DNA of 64,000 bases from Chrysemys picta bellii (lineage: Eukaryota): the NCBI RefSeq assembly GCF_011386835.1, contig NC_088809.1:6386001-6450000 (forward strand). Reading direction: 5' to 3'. Positions 27,561-41,068 of this stretch are shown in pieces; the first letter of the stretch is position 1, and each line of letters opens with the position of its first letter. Under the pieces are notes generated by a model. It had not been told where the DNA came from. It worked only from the letters and a program-made list of their open reading frames with translations, and searched no databases. Both the position numbers and the translations under genes were made by a program.

Positions 27561-27845
27561 CGCTTTGTCTGCACTATGCGCCTTTTTAGCGACATGGCTG
27601 TGCCGCTACAGCCAAGCCGCTAAAAGGCAAGCAGCATAGCAGGTGTTTGTTGGCGAGAGAAAGCTCTCCCACCAACAAAAAACTTCCACACCCAATGAGC
27701 GGCGGTAGCTTTGTCCTGCCAACAAAGCACTGTTCACACGTGCTTTTTGTTGCAAAACTTTTGTCTTTCGAGAGAGTGGTGGTGTTTTTTTAACACCTCT
27801 GAACGACAAAAGGTTTGTCGTTCGGTTGCCAGCGTAGACAAAGCC
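27561..27845. mobile_element. PIF/Harbinger-like MITE
   Basis: TIRs CGCTTTGTCTGCACT / AGCGTAGACAAAGCC (12/15); flanked on both sides by TTA (3-bp TWA target). Confidence 0.75.
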
Positions 27846-30033
27846 TTAAAGGCCAAGCCATTTCCCCCCAAGACATAATCCCCAAGAGTAAAATGTAAAT
27901 AAAAGGAGTCATCATCAGTAACCTCTTGCCATTGGCTGACATCTAACACCCATGGCATGCACAGTTTTGATGATGGATCTCAGGCTGGGAAAAAGGCAAC
28001 TGCAATCCATGAAAGCATTAACTATCTGGCTAATTCAGATCAGGTACTTCCCTCTGGTTTTAGGTATTGTGATACTGATCGACCTTCTGGTATGGTTATT
28101 AACAGGAGCAAAGACGGATGTTTTTCAGATGGGAGATAAATACTTGTAGTCTCTCTCCATACATGAAAATGCCAGATTCTTTACAAAAAGGAACTCTTAC
28201 TTAGAAGGGACAGAAATAAGCTCTACAGGAGTAAACAGACCTGAATTCCTAGTGTGACGTCTCACTTCCTCATGTGGGATAAGTGAATTTCAAGACAATA
28301 ATATGACCACCACTAGACACCTCTTTCACAAATGGATATTCACATCTAGGATCCTCCCCTCCCCAGGTTCACTCTTGTACCATGATTTCTTACAAATAAG
28401 CTGCATCCCAGGAAGAATTTGGCCTGCCCTACTTTTACATTACCATGTAGGAGCAAGGCTCCAATTTTTAAACCCCCTAAATTATGTAATCTGTGGCTGT
28501 CTCCCTAATATTTCCCCACATACATTTCTCAGAAGAAAAGTTATTTGGAAATAATTTTGTGGCTATTGTGAAAGTGCAACGTTTACTCTGATGGGAGGAA
28601 TTAGTAAATACAGGCAAAAGTCAAACATTACTGGAGTTATGTATACTTCTGCAACACACTGGTTAAAAGCGACTGGACACAGATCTGAAAAAATACGTCT
28701 TAGAAAAAAGGGATTTGTCCACTTCTTGGCATGCCAAAATATTGGTTGTGAATCTATACAAATGACTTCCATTTAAGACTGAATATTTGAGATTTAAAAT
28801 TTTGAAGGACATAGTAAAAACCAATCCGTTTCTCATGGTCTCATAATACAAGAACAACTCAGTCACTTTAAGTGAAGAGCAGGTAAATGTATATACCAAA
28901 TAAAATACTTTGTATACTGGTAGAATTCACTGTCAGAGTCAAATAATGGATTTTTTAAAAGGCCAGAGTATGATCACCACAGGGAACAGGAAGCAATTCT
29001 CTTCCCTGCTCCTCATGTACAGCATTATACAACTGGTTGGATTATGTATGGTTTGGGCAGCAGGGGTTGCCTGCTTCTGGAAGATCAGGTATTAGTCATT
29101 GCAGACGGCACAAGTCCAACTTTTACGGTTTGAACCAGTAGGGAAAATTCTGTTCCTCATAAGCTATTTTAATCCTCCCTCCAAAACTGAATTGGTTTCT
29201 TTTTAAAAGGCTGCTGTTTATCACTGAAGCAAGGCACAATGCAGGCTTCATTTACCCACGCTCCGGTTCCCGTGCCAGTTAATTTTAGGTTTAAAGTAAT
29301 TTGAATTTCATAGAAAGAAAATGAGTCAGAGGTGCCCCCTGTGCTTGAATTTTACCCAGAGATTTATTTAGAAGCAATTTGCTATTTAAATGGAAAACCT
29401 GGTTGGCCAACCATTACATTAACCCGAGTGTGGAAATCTGCTCTTCTCACCATTACTGTGCCTCACTGAAATGAAAAGCTCCTCCCCTGCCCATTGCAAA
29501 AAAGCTACTTATTAGTCAAACCAGAATAATGACCTGAACACACAGGGAAGCTCCTTTTTGGGCTTTCACAAAAATACAAACAAAGGGACACAGATGCAGA
29601 GTCATTCCATTTATTCTAGTCTGTCTAGAGATGTTTGTTTTTCCTTAAATGTTTCAATATTATTCTGATAGGACAGCTGCCCTGTTTTCTCTGTCTCTTT
29701 TTCCACTTCCTGCTTCCACTTTTTCCTTTCCTTCCACTTCTATACGGATTCTGTGAGAATAGATGGTATTTGTTACTAAAACAGCAACCTATACGAACGC
29801 TAAAAATTTTACTTGTGGTAGCTGTGTATTCATTTCAGTTTTAAAAGAAATCAAGTGGGATAGGAATGAATTATCCTACATAAAATAAATATTTTTAAAA
29901 TTAGAAAATAAAATTGTAGAGCAGGACAAGAGGGGGAAAAAGTGTACTAAAAATGGAACCATCAGATTTAATGGTAACCATTCTACGCCTGTGGCCAACC
30001 ATCAGGGCCCTGCTAAGAAAAAGAGGCCGTAAA

Positions 30034-30289
30034 GGCCTTGTAGAAATGGGGAAATTGACCAGAATGGCTACAGAATAATAAGCTATTCTGCTATAGCTCC
30101 TTGTGTGGACACACTGTTGTGGAATAAAAGTGAATTTTATTCCAGAATAGTTACTAATTATTAATTAAAGTCACTTTTATTCCAGAACAGTGTGTTCTGG
30201 CCACATGGGGAGCTATTCTGGAATAGCTATAGCAATATAGCTTATTCTGCTGTACCCATTCCAGTTATTTTCCCTATCGAGACAATCCC
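30034..30289. mobile_element. Palindromic Harbinger-like MITE (degenerate)
   Basis: GGCCTTGT... / ...GACAATCCC then TAA; internal inverted GAATA/TATTC repeats. Confidence 0.55.
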
Positions 30290-31708
30290 TAAAACACAAT
30301 AAAAAGTTACCTTCATCTCAGTGCTAAACATCACTTTGAACTGTTAAAAGTAACAGTTTAGCACTTACCTTCCAGATGAAAGACTCATACATATCAAGGC
30401 AAATGTTCTAACATGTGCTGCATACTCCAAAACAGCAAGAGGACTTTTAGGAGGGGATTTGCAGTCCCTTAAAAACAGCCTAGCAGCTCCAGCAGAGAGC
30501 AGAAGGGCAGTTTGAAAATGACCATGAAAGGAATGACACTCCTCTTCTGAAGTTTTGACCTAGAGCTTCCATTGCTTTTTGGTATTGGTCTGACTATTGG
30601 AGCACAGATTTCTACACCACACAGAATGTACTGAATTTATTTACATTTATTTACGGAGGGCCGGGGGGATATTTTAGAGTACTTATTTTAAATGCTAGTT
30701 CTGGGACATTTTCAAATCAACATGACCCAAAGTTTACTTGACAAGGGCTGGAAATAATTCAAAAGCTGTACACAAAAAAACACTGACTGAAAAACAGGAA
30801 TAATTACAGTTCAGATAATCTCTCGCCACAGAAGACTTTGGGATTGCTACTCTTTTTCAGTGGATTTTGGGTTCCTCCCATGCATTCTCCTGCTGCTACT
30901 GAATGGAAAAAACCCCACTTGCTGTTTTATTAGCTGTCTGTCTCTATATCAACCAAATGTTAAGTACTCTCATCCTAATCTTTGATTTTCAATTTTACTT
31001 TGCCTAAAGGATGGCTATTCAAAGACATTAGAGAACATCAAAGCACCACAGCTATTCAAGTTTGCGGAAACTGGCAATTATTGAAACAAACATCCACTCA
31101 CAATTATACCCTAGTCTAACAACAAAATGGTAAAGATCTTCCAAAAACCTCCCTTCTATGTTAATGGACAAGGTTCTAATTCAAAGTAAGATCCCTGTAA
31201 AATAAGGCTCTCTCTTTTAATGAAGAAAATTTAAGTTGACAGATGCAGATAAGCTCTCCCAACCTGAAAATAAAAGTGCTTTTAAAACAACTAATCATTT
31301 CTCTGTTTATGTAGGATGGGGAAATTCAACTACTCATCAGGAAGAATGCTGTACACATAATTTAAATACTGACCTTTTTTAAACTAAATACACCAACCAC
31401 CATTCTATCATTATAGACTGCAGTTGTTAGCATTCGACTGGTAATTAAAAAAGTGTCAAGATTTTAAGATTATGCAGAGACTTTGAATGTCCCCAAGTCC
31501 AGAGCTCGGACTTTACATTCTTGACTTATTTTCCCAGGACTAAACAACTGAAGAACGTATGGTAAAAGGAGAAGTGTATGATCTTTCTAAGTCACATAAG
31601 AAGGCTGCCTCTCTTAGCGAGAAGCAGGAGGTAGATGGAGGAATTAGCTATACATTTTGTGCGTTTCATTCTTAAAATTGGAATGGTTTGGAATTCTAAA
31701 TAATTTAC

Positions 31709-31951
31709 CTTGATAGGAGGGGTACAGCAGCGGGAGGGTGTCATCATGCACATATCAGGACTGCTGTAGCAGGGGCCCTCTGCCAAGTTGAGATACAATT
31801 CCTCTTCATTTTCCCAGTTGCTCCGATTGTCCAGCACCGGCGAGATGCAGATTACAATGGCACTAGTATTATCTGCACGAAGCATGCGCTGCCTCCACCG
31901 GGCTAGTGCTCTGTTCACCAGCATTTTGGCACAAGACTGTCTGTGTTCTCC
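31709..31951 (-). CDS. PPM1D: PPM1D coding exon 5
   Basis: attaag|GGA GAA CAC...; [37 protein letters not shown]...TPPIK, includes the ADNTS motif; 243 nt; AAG|gtaaat (phase 0). Confidence 0.97.
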
Positions 31952-32488
31952 CTTAATGTTTAAAGCAAAAACAGAGAACACCCATCACCATTTTCTGTGA
32001 TCATAAAGTGAAGAAATTATATGGCACAGGTTGCAATTCTCTACCTCTACATCATGGTGCTAAAGCATCAGAATTCAGACAAACCTGCATCTAGCAAACA
32101 GACAAACAGAACGGAAGTCAAAAACTGTTTGAATAAATTACTGTGCAAACACCAGTTACAGTGAAACTTTGTTCATGATGACATCACATGGAGGAAACTC
32201 ATTTTACTAATTTTTTTGAAAAGGTAACTGAAGTTGTATTTGGACCTACTTATTGTGACTTGTCCATGACTTTTACTAAAAATACCTGTGACTAAAACAT
32301 ATGCTATCCCAGTAAGTTTACCATCACTGTAATAGCTCCATGTATGTTGTAGCAGTATAATTAAGTAATAACACTCAATGATGCCACAATTGCATATGCT
32401 TTTAAGGAATATGTTACTGCAATAGAGTAACACAGCAAAAAAGTGAGTTAACAGCTACCATGTTACCTTAAAGTAGTTGACAACATTA

Positions 32489-32719
<231 letters not shown>

Positions 32720-35205
32720 TTAAAAAAAAGTCAGTCAAGGGTCATCACTGTCCCCTTATTACAGCAGTCTTCAACACCAACCTTCAGTGAAATGCTTGTA
32801 AAGTCTATCAATGCAACTCCCTTAGTGAGACACTCTACTTACGAGTTTTTGTTGTTGGTTTTTTAATTGCTCGTTTCTGGTAGTCCACTCTTTCAATAAT
32901 GTGTTTTGATTGATTGATTTTTTTACTTCATTTTAAAAACATGTTTATAAGAGGTTCTCTACTTCCTGTTGACGTTTGTTAGGGTCTTTTCAGGAAGGGA
33001 AAAACTGACTCAATACATAGGAAACAATGAAACTGACTATACTCTAATACGGCAAATATGCTAAGTAAAACTGTTGCAAGAGAGAAAAGTGGATTTTCCC
33101 CATTCATTTCTTTCAGTTATAGTGATTTTAGAGGTTACTTGTAAAACCAGTAAAATTTTCAGACAAAAATGTGGTTTTCCAAATTGATCCCTTTAAATCA
33201 AGGAGCGCCATTATACTGTTATGCCTACATCTTCTTGCCTTCGCCTTTCAGGCCTGACAGCACGGTTTCTACAAGGCTAACCCCTACATTTCTTCTCTTG
33301 GACATTACCTGCCCTATATGTAGCATCCTATAATTGTAGAAACAGAATGAAAAGTAATTTTCTCATAAAAAGTATCCTCCACTTGATTCTAGTAAATAAC
33401 TCCTTAGAAAGGCAACTGAAGGTTTGAAATTAACAGAGAATCCAATATAATATTTACTACCATTTTCCAGACCCTGGCAGGTCTCTTCCTGTATGCAACA
33501 CGTAGCTTTAAAGTAGAAATTCATTCAATATCAGAGGGAAAAAGCATTTAGAATCTAAAGAACTCCATTTTAAAAGCAGGTTTTTCAGCTTGAGACTTCA
33601 AAAAGTAACTGTTTGTGTCCTTTTAACAGTTCTTTCTGACTCCGACATCTTCTTTCCCCACTCCAACGTGCCCCTTTAAAATAATAAAAATAAGCTTTGT
33701 CTCCCTGCTTCCTGGAGTAGGAACTTTTCCTTTCGCTCAGCTCGGCACTATCAACCAGTACAAAAGGTTTTTCAGAAACAGAACAAGGGATACTTCAAAT
33801 CAATTACTCCACTTCACTATGGCAAACACCGATGGGCCATCCTCCTTAAAGAGCCAATTCACCTTCACAGCAGCAGCAGCAAACATACACATGCTTCTAC
33901 TAAATGCTAATTAAAAGCCTTGCCTACTTGAATAGAGGCACTCTCTCCATCAGCAGACTAGCAGAACAAAGCTCACTGGCCGGCAACAAGATGAAAATAA
34001 ATACTGTCGCAGTCAAGCTGAGCTCCAGTGCACCAATTATTGTGCATGTATGTAATTGCCACTAAAAGTCTCCATAGAGCACGAGCTTTTGTTCAAATCT
34101 TGACTGCCATTGCCACAACAGATAAGATCTTAACTCCTCATTTATTTTATCATCTTTTTATAGCTATTTTAGAATCTGTTCCTGCCTCCTATTAAAGTCT
34201 TGCCATGGAAGTCAATGGCGGCATGAGACTGAAACATGGGAACAGTTGTTTTGCTTGATTGTTTCAACTGATCCTTGACAGATCACTATTGTTTTTGTCA
34301 GTATTGCTTCTTTACCTCTTCTAACCAAACAAGCATAGTTTGGAACAATTTTGTACAGTGATTACCCCCTACAGTGGCCTTGCATCCATGTATTTAAGTT
34401 TACACAAATAAACTTTGGACATATTATTTCACAGATTTAAACAAAAGCTATCCAATGTTCATATACTGTCTATAGAGAAGGTAGCACTTCCATAACATCT
34501 AGACCAACTTTGAATGACCATCTATATCGAAGAGGCAAGAGTACAACTGAAAATGGAAAGGAGTGGGGGGGATTATTATTTTTTAACATACACATTCCAG
34601 TCAAAAAGATCATCCTATCCATAGCTAGACAGCAATTTACATTTCTACATTAAAAAAGTTGTTGCAGAAATTCAGCTATCTGGTTCCCAACTCCGAGTCA
34701 GTTACTTTGGATTCCCAGCAATGAGATGATGCCCTCTGCCCTCTTTCCTTCCCTTTTACCCACCCTGGGTCAGGACAGTCATCTACCAGACAGAGGATGA
34801 CTACCCACGCAGTGGTTAAAGATATATTGGATAATGCAATCCAATCAAGGTGTGTTTGGGTTTGGCCAAAGAATGCTCATCATACCCACTTACAATCACA
34901 TTTCTAGTTGCACCTGTGAATTAATGGCAGTAAACTTGTTTTCAAAGTAAGAGACACAAAATACAAAGCCAGGTGTGTAGCAGATTTAACTCTACATACA
35001 TAAACAAGGTGCATAATATTTACAGTGATTCAGACAGCTTAAATTTGTTACAGAGCTACTTTTCCTCCCTTTTACAATATATTAACTATATAGGCCAAAG
35101 GCAAAGAATGGAGAAGTAAGGTGGGCACACACAGCAAGCTTGCTGGAAGTGTAAAAAAAAAAAACTGCAAAGATTTCTAGGTGGTTTTGAAGAAGTATTC
35201 CTCCA

Positions 35206-35347
35206 TCTCCATCTCTGGAGATATTTAAGAGTAGGTTAGATAAAGGTCTATCAGGGATGGTCTAGACAGTATTTGGTCCTGCCATGCGGGCAGGGGACTG
35301 GACTCGATGACCTCTCGAGGTCCCTTCCAGTCCTAGAATCTATGAAT
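35206..35347 (+). mobile_element. CR1 LINE 3' end (young-looking)
   Basis: CTCCATCTCTGGAGATATTTAAGAGTAGG...GGACTCGATGACCTCTCGAGGTCCCTTCCAGTCCTAGAATCTATGAAT, the CR1 3' hairpin plus octamer-like tail. Confidence 0.85.
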
Positions 35348-35375
35348 AGGACTTGTACCCTATAGGTGTTATAAA

Positions 35376-36037
35376 TAAGGCTATGTTTTAGTCACGGGTA
35401 TTTTTAGTGAAAGTCATGGACAGGTCACGGGCAGTAAACAAAAATTCAAATTTACTATATACCCCTAACTAAAACTTGGGCCGGGGAGCCACGGCTGCTG
35501 GGTGGAGGTGACCCGGGATTCCCGCCAGTGGCTGGGGGGGGGGGGGGGGGGGGGGAGCAGCAGCACACGGCCCGGGACCCCTGCTAGTGCTGGGGGGGGG
35601 GGGGGGGGGGGGCAGAGGGCTGGGGGGGCTAGCAGGCTCCCTACCCAGCTCCAACCGGCATGTCCCTGAAGTTCCTAGAGGGAGGAGCAGCCAGGGGGGC
35701 TCCACGTGCTGCTCCCACCACAAGCACTGGTTCCGCAGCTCCCACTGGCTGGGAGCTGCAGCCAATGGGAGCTGCAGGGGTGATGTTTGCGGGCACAGGC
35801 AGCACACGGAGCCCCCTGACCCGTCTGCCTAGGAGCTGCAAGGACATGCCGGTTGGAGCTGGGGAGCTCCCCACCCCCAGGCAAGCACCCCCCGCACCTC
35901 AACACCCTGCCCAGGCCCTGAGCCCTCTCCCACACCCAAACTGCTGCTGCTGGCCCAGGGGCAGCTCGTCTCAGGCAGCCCCTAAGCCAGCTGCACCGGC
36001 TGCTGAAGTCACGGAATCCGTGACCTCCGCAGCCTTA
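35376..36037. mobile_element. hAT-type non-autonomous element with internal GC-rich inverted repeat and poly-G runs
   Basis: Termini TAAGGCT / AGCCTTA; TSD GTTATAAA / GCTATAAG (6/8); subterminal GTCACGG repeats; internal GGCATGTCC...GGACATGCC and CAGCTCCCA(C)TGGC...GCCAATGGGAGCTG inverted motifs. Confidence 0.75.
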
Positions 36038-37143
36038 GCTATAAGCAACCGATCTTGCCACCGGTAAGGGATCTGAAGACCTGATAGCTGCTAAATACTG
36101 AACTCCCTCTGTGAATCAACAAGAGCACATGGTCTTCACAGGGTACAACTGCACAGTGCCGTTGTCCTGAAGCTCATTTTTATATGTGTGGCATGTAACA
36201 CAGCAGCATGTTGGAGCCTTGCTTCTTAAACAGGAGTCTCCCTTTCTACATTCACAAGCAAGTTTCTGGACAGCATGTCATAAGAGCATGAGACGGAGGG
36301 AGGGGACAGTGCAAGCAGTGTGGTCTAAAAACTAGAGTAGTGGACTGGGTGTCAAGACTTGTGGGTTCCATTTTCCAATCTATCTGGGACTTATTCTGTG
36401 ACCTTGGAAATGTCACTTACCCCAGCCTTACAGATGGGAAAACTGAGGGGATATTTCTCTACTTCCAAGATGTTATCATTAAATGTTTATAAAGCACATT
36501 GAGCTCACCATACAGAAGGGGACCTGCTTTTTTTTTTAAACTGTGTCAATAATACACCTTCACAATGTACATGTGCATTTCCTGCCAGTATTTCTGTAGG
36601 TGCTATTTTACTTACATTCAAGAAGAGGGGCATCTTTAGAAGTGATGCTGAAGAATTACCAGGAAGCAACAATCTAAGAATTTCTTTGCTCTGAGTGGTT
36701 TGTGTTTCAGCTTCGGTTATTTAATTATATAAGCGAGGTTCAGTGGTTGCATTGTGTACTTACCAATGGGTAATGTGGATTTTTTTTATTTCATTGTGCA
36801 TGTGCAAAGAGCATATCACATTCATTACCTTCAGCACTGCGGGGGAATAATTTTAAGACAAACTTTCTTTTTCTTACAGCTGAGGGCAAAAGCAAAAAAG
36901 AAGGATTAATACTAATGGAGAGGAGAAGGAGCAGCAGCAGGAGGAGGGGCCCTCACTTTAATGACTTGGTTGGCCAATGAAAATGAGTGTGCATATCTGC
37001 CCATTCTAACGGATAGAGAAGCTTTTCAGTTTTCCATAGTTTAATATGCATGTTTCATTTTGATTATTAGAAACCTGTAAGTGGGGGAAAGGCTGGGACT
37101 TAAGGTGAAGAAAACATTAGTACAGGTTAACAGAACTCTAGAG

Positions 37144-37440
37144 CAGCGGTTCTCAAACTGTGGGTCAGGGCTGGCGTTAAGACTTGCTGGGGCCCGGGGC
37201 TGAAACAGAAGCCCGAGTCCCACCCCCTGGGGCTGAAGCCCAAAAGCTTCAGCCTTGGGTGATGGTGCTCAATTTACAGGCCCCCGATCTGGGGCTGAAG
37301 CCCTTGGTCTTTGGCTTTCCCCCACCCCTTGGGCAGTGGAGCTCGGACGGGCTCAGGCATCAGTCCCCCCCGTGTGGGGTCATGTAGTAATTTTTGTTGT
37401 CAGAAGGGGGTCATGGTGCAATGAAGTTTGAGAACCCCTG
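37144..37440. mobile_element. hAT-type MITE
   Basis: TIRs CAGCGGTTCTCAAACT / AGTTTGAGAACCCCTG; TSD CTCTAGAG / CGCTAGAG (7/8); internal GGGGCTGAAGCCC repeats. Confidence 0.85.
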
Positions 37441-39860
37441 CGCTAGAGAATCTAAAGCAAAAAACTTGCTCAAGGTAGTCTTTTCTCACAAAAACTTCCT
37501 TTTAACAGCTGTAGCACTTATATGATTGCCAAAGCATAATCTATAGTTACATAAAATGCTTCAGTTCAATACAAGAGAATAACTGTATACATTAATTTGA
37601 TTTTCTCTTCCCTTTTCAGGCACACAGATTTCTATGTTGGAGCTTTGTCTCTTATCAGTTCTCTTTTTCATAAACGCTAATTTCTTTATTCCTTGTTCCC
37701 TTTGAGGATCTAATTTCCCCATTATGTACAAACAGAATGGGCATTATGCTCACCATATATCATATAAGATACTCTTTGATATAGAGAAGATGTGGTATAC
37801 TTAAAGTTAAAATGGACAGTCCTAAGTTACACACCCCGATACTACATCAATCATCTTAGTTTCAGTGCACATGAGTGCTTGCATGTCACACGCATATGCC
37901 CAACTCCACCTGCTGCCCTTTCTGAAAAACAGCAGAGTAATGATAAACAATAAATGATCCTGCTTTCAAAACAACGGATGTGGTCTCCTGAGCATCACAC
38001 CACCACGGTGTCTTGGGTCAGGAGCTAAATGACTCCCAAGAATGGAATAAGCAGACAGCACAGAAGCACTACATCAAGACCCATAATCCAGAAGACAAGA
38101 CAGTACACAGGGTTCATCCCTCCTAGACAACTCATTTTGGATCCAATCATGTGGTGGTGCCGAGCCCTCTCCACTTCTTTTGGCTTCAGTGGGAGCTAAA
38201 GGTGCTTGGCATCCTATAAGCCTCACTGTGAAGGGCTGAAAGTTTTTAATTCAGAGGGCTACGTTCAAGTTGAAATTGAAGCTGGAGGAGGGAATTTGGC
38301 ACTGTCAGTTGGAATGAAGCAAGCCCCATTGCTGCAATTATTATGTGTATTACAGCAGCACCTAGAGGCCCAACTGACAGCAATCCATTGTGCTAAGCAT
38401 TGTATAAACACAAAGTACGAAGAACTCACAATATAAAGTGACACGACAAAAGAAGTAAGACTACTGTCGTTCCCAATTAATAGACAGGGAACTGAGACGT
38501 AAAGAAATTAAGGGACTTGCCAAGGAGACACAGGAAGCCTGTGAGAGCACACCAGGAACTGAACTCAAATCACCTCAGTCCCAGTCCAGTTCCTTAATCA
38601 TAATAAGCCCATCCTTCCTAGCTACTACAGAAAACTCGCCATACCATCAGTCTTTCCTATAGCAAGACTGGATACCTCTAGCTAAAACAGAAGTTGTGTG
38701 CAGAAATCATTTGGTGAAATTCTATGGGCCATGTTATGCAGGATGATTCTAGCGGTCCTCTTCTGGCCTTTAAATCTGTGCATCTGTCGCTAACCAAAAG
38801 CTATGAGGTACTATTCACTTGCTTGTCTAGATAAATCAAGAAAAGAAAAATGAATCTAGTAGTAGCAACAGCAGATGGAAAGTTGGTCTAGAAAATAGTA
38901 TTTCCAAAACTCATTGAACTGGAGTGGATAGACTGCTCTCCAAGTCGTGTTTTGCTAAGCATGTATATTTTGCCAAAAGGAATTCTTTATCACAGATGGT
39001 CTGAAGCCATTTTCCCTAACATTACTCCTCTGAAGGTGGCCATTCAAATTCACCATGGGCGTACAGTTGAAATGCAATACTATTAAATGCAGCCTAGCTG
39101 TGAAGCCTTCAAGCTGAAAACCTTCATAGAATAAGCAAGAACTGCATACAAAATTACAAGCAAGCGGAGCAGCATTACCCTGCCACGAGTAACTCTCACT
39201 TAACGGATAGGCCAAATGGAGCTTTGGATAGGACTAGCTGAGAAAGGAGAAAAACCATCTGCATTTTGGTCCTCTGGCCTGGGGAAAACCCCATAAAAGT
39301 ATATTCCTGCCCCAGCTACACTTTCCTTAGACTAGGGAGAAGCAAGCAGTCCTCACAAATGGTGTGGAAGGCAGTCAGCTGCATTCATATGAAGTCTAAG
39401 TTGGGTGGGGGAGAGGAACGAGTCCCAGGATAGAAAAATGGCTGTTTTGGCTTCTTTTGTATGGACTGACTACCTAATGAATATCATTTGGACCCGGACA
39501 CCATACCGCACAGCAACAATTTTAAAAATATTCACATATTTATGCAGCACTTTTTTGCAATCCAGCCCCGTTTTAATCATGACAGCAAACAAAAATCAAG
39601 CTGAGCAGCACATCAATATTATTAATGGAGTATATTGGGGGAATCTATCATCCACCTCCTTCCCCACCCTCAAAAGAGTCCATCCACCAGCTTGTTCGCT
39701 AGTCAGGCAGGCAAACGAATCTTGTTCTCCTGACCCATCTTCAGCACAGCAGATAGAGCCATACAGTTCACCTCAGAACACCTTGCGCCCGGGGCCAGAT
39801 AGAGACCAGGCATATCACTGGGGTGAGGCAGTACGTTTTGTTTTTTTAAATGGTGTAGCA

Positions 39861-40194
39861 CAGGAGTGTTCAACCTACAGCCCGCGGACCGAACACGGCC
39901 CACCAGAATATTTCATTAGGCCCATGGCCTGCTTCAATACGATATACTAACAGCCGATTCATTCGAATTTTGTCGGCATGTTTACAGCATTTTAGTTTAC
40001 ACAAGTGTGTAAAGAAACAATAAGGGACATAGGTTGTTTCTATCTAAATACATACCAAAGAAGCGGAACTTAAAATATAAAAGTCAATACAGGTGACTTT
40101 AAATCTCATTAGAATATGCAGAATCTGTCTGGCCCACAGAAGATTGTGTTTAGGTTTATGGGGCCCTCCTGGGTAATAAGGTTGGGCACCACTG
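39861..40194. mobile_element. hAT-type MITE
   Basis: TIRs CAGGAGTGTTCAACCT / AGGTTGGGCACCACTG; TSD GTGTAGCA / GTGTAGCG (7/8). Confidence 0.8.
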
Positions 40195-40863
40195 GTGTAG
40201 CGTATGACAGAGTGTAAACCAACGCTTTTTAGAGTTGCTGCACAGGCAGAACACGGATGTCAACTGTGTATTTTCCACTGGCCAGCTGGAGATTGCAGCA
40301 TCTACCATGGTGGTGGTGGTGAAGTGGCATAAAACTAGGGAAAACAGCAAGCCTTATGTAGCGAAATCTATGCTTCAATATTAGAAAAAAGGACGGGCGA
40401 TTAGATAAAATCATGCAGAGGTAAAATGCACAATTCTCCCTAATTAATGAGTGCTTTACAAACATTAATTCAGTAGCTCAGTAAAGCAGGCAGGTACCTC
40501 CTTTTATAGATCGGGAAATTGAGGAAGCAAGGCAATATGACTTGCCTACAGCCATGCTAACAGCAGAGCCAGTATCAGAAAATCAGGAGTTGCAGGCTCC
40601 CAGACTCCATTCACAAGACCACACTCCATCTTTGTTCTTAATTAAAATCATGTGATGCCACATGTTACACGATTTGTTAAAAATCCTGTCATTCTACAGT
40701 CTTATGACCAGGGATTTTTTGTATTTGGGGGAAAAGTGACCACTCCTTCTACATCTCCCAGCAGATCAAATCATCTGACACTGGAATAAACTTTCTAGAG
40801 TAAGTTTCCAGGGCAGAAGCGGTATGCATGTCTACACAACTATATATATATAGAGAGAGAGAG

Positions 40864-41068
40864 ACCTATCTCATAGAACTAGAAGGGACCTTGAAAGGTC
40901 ATTGAGTCCAGTCCCCTGCCTTCACTAGCAGGACCAAGTACTGTCCCTGACAGGTTTTTTTGTTGTTGTTTTTTTTGCCCCAGATCCCTAGGTGGCCCCC
41001 TCAAGGATTGAACCCACAACCCTGGGTTTAGCAGGCCAATGCTCAAACCACTGAGCTATCCCTCCCCC
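40864..41068 (-). mobile_element. tRNA-derived SINE with CR1-like 3' tail (tortoise Pol III/SINE type)
   Basis: Minus strand GGGGGAGGGATAGCTCAGTGGTTTGAGCATTGGCCTGCTAAACCCAGGGTTGTGGGTTCAATCCTTGAGGGGGCC (A and B boxes), then a CR1-type tail GGCAGGGGACTGGACTCAATGACCTTTCAAGGTCCCTTCTAGTTCTATGAG. Confidence 0.85.

Noticed and set aside
27900-27915. C/D snoRNA C-box ATGATGA (also near 4090 and 15363)
   Set aside because: No D box or terminal stem at a suitable distance.
35469-36067. Cluster of 77-135-aa ORFs
   Set aside because: Inside a GC-rich non-autonomous hAT element with poly-G runs; no transposase motifs.
39405-39950. 181-aa plus-strand ORF
   Set aside because: GTG start, antisense in an intron, runs into a hAT TIR, no recognisable domain.
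40995-41068. tRNA gene
   Set aside because: tRNA-like head is fused to a CR1-type tail, so it is a SINE.
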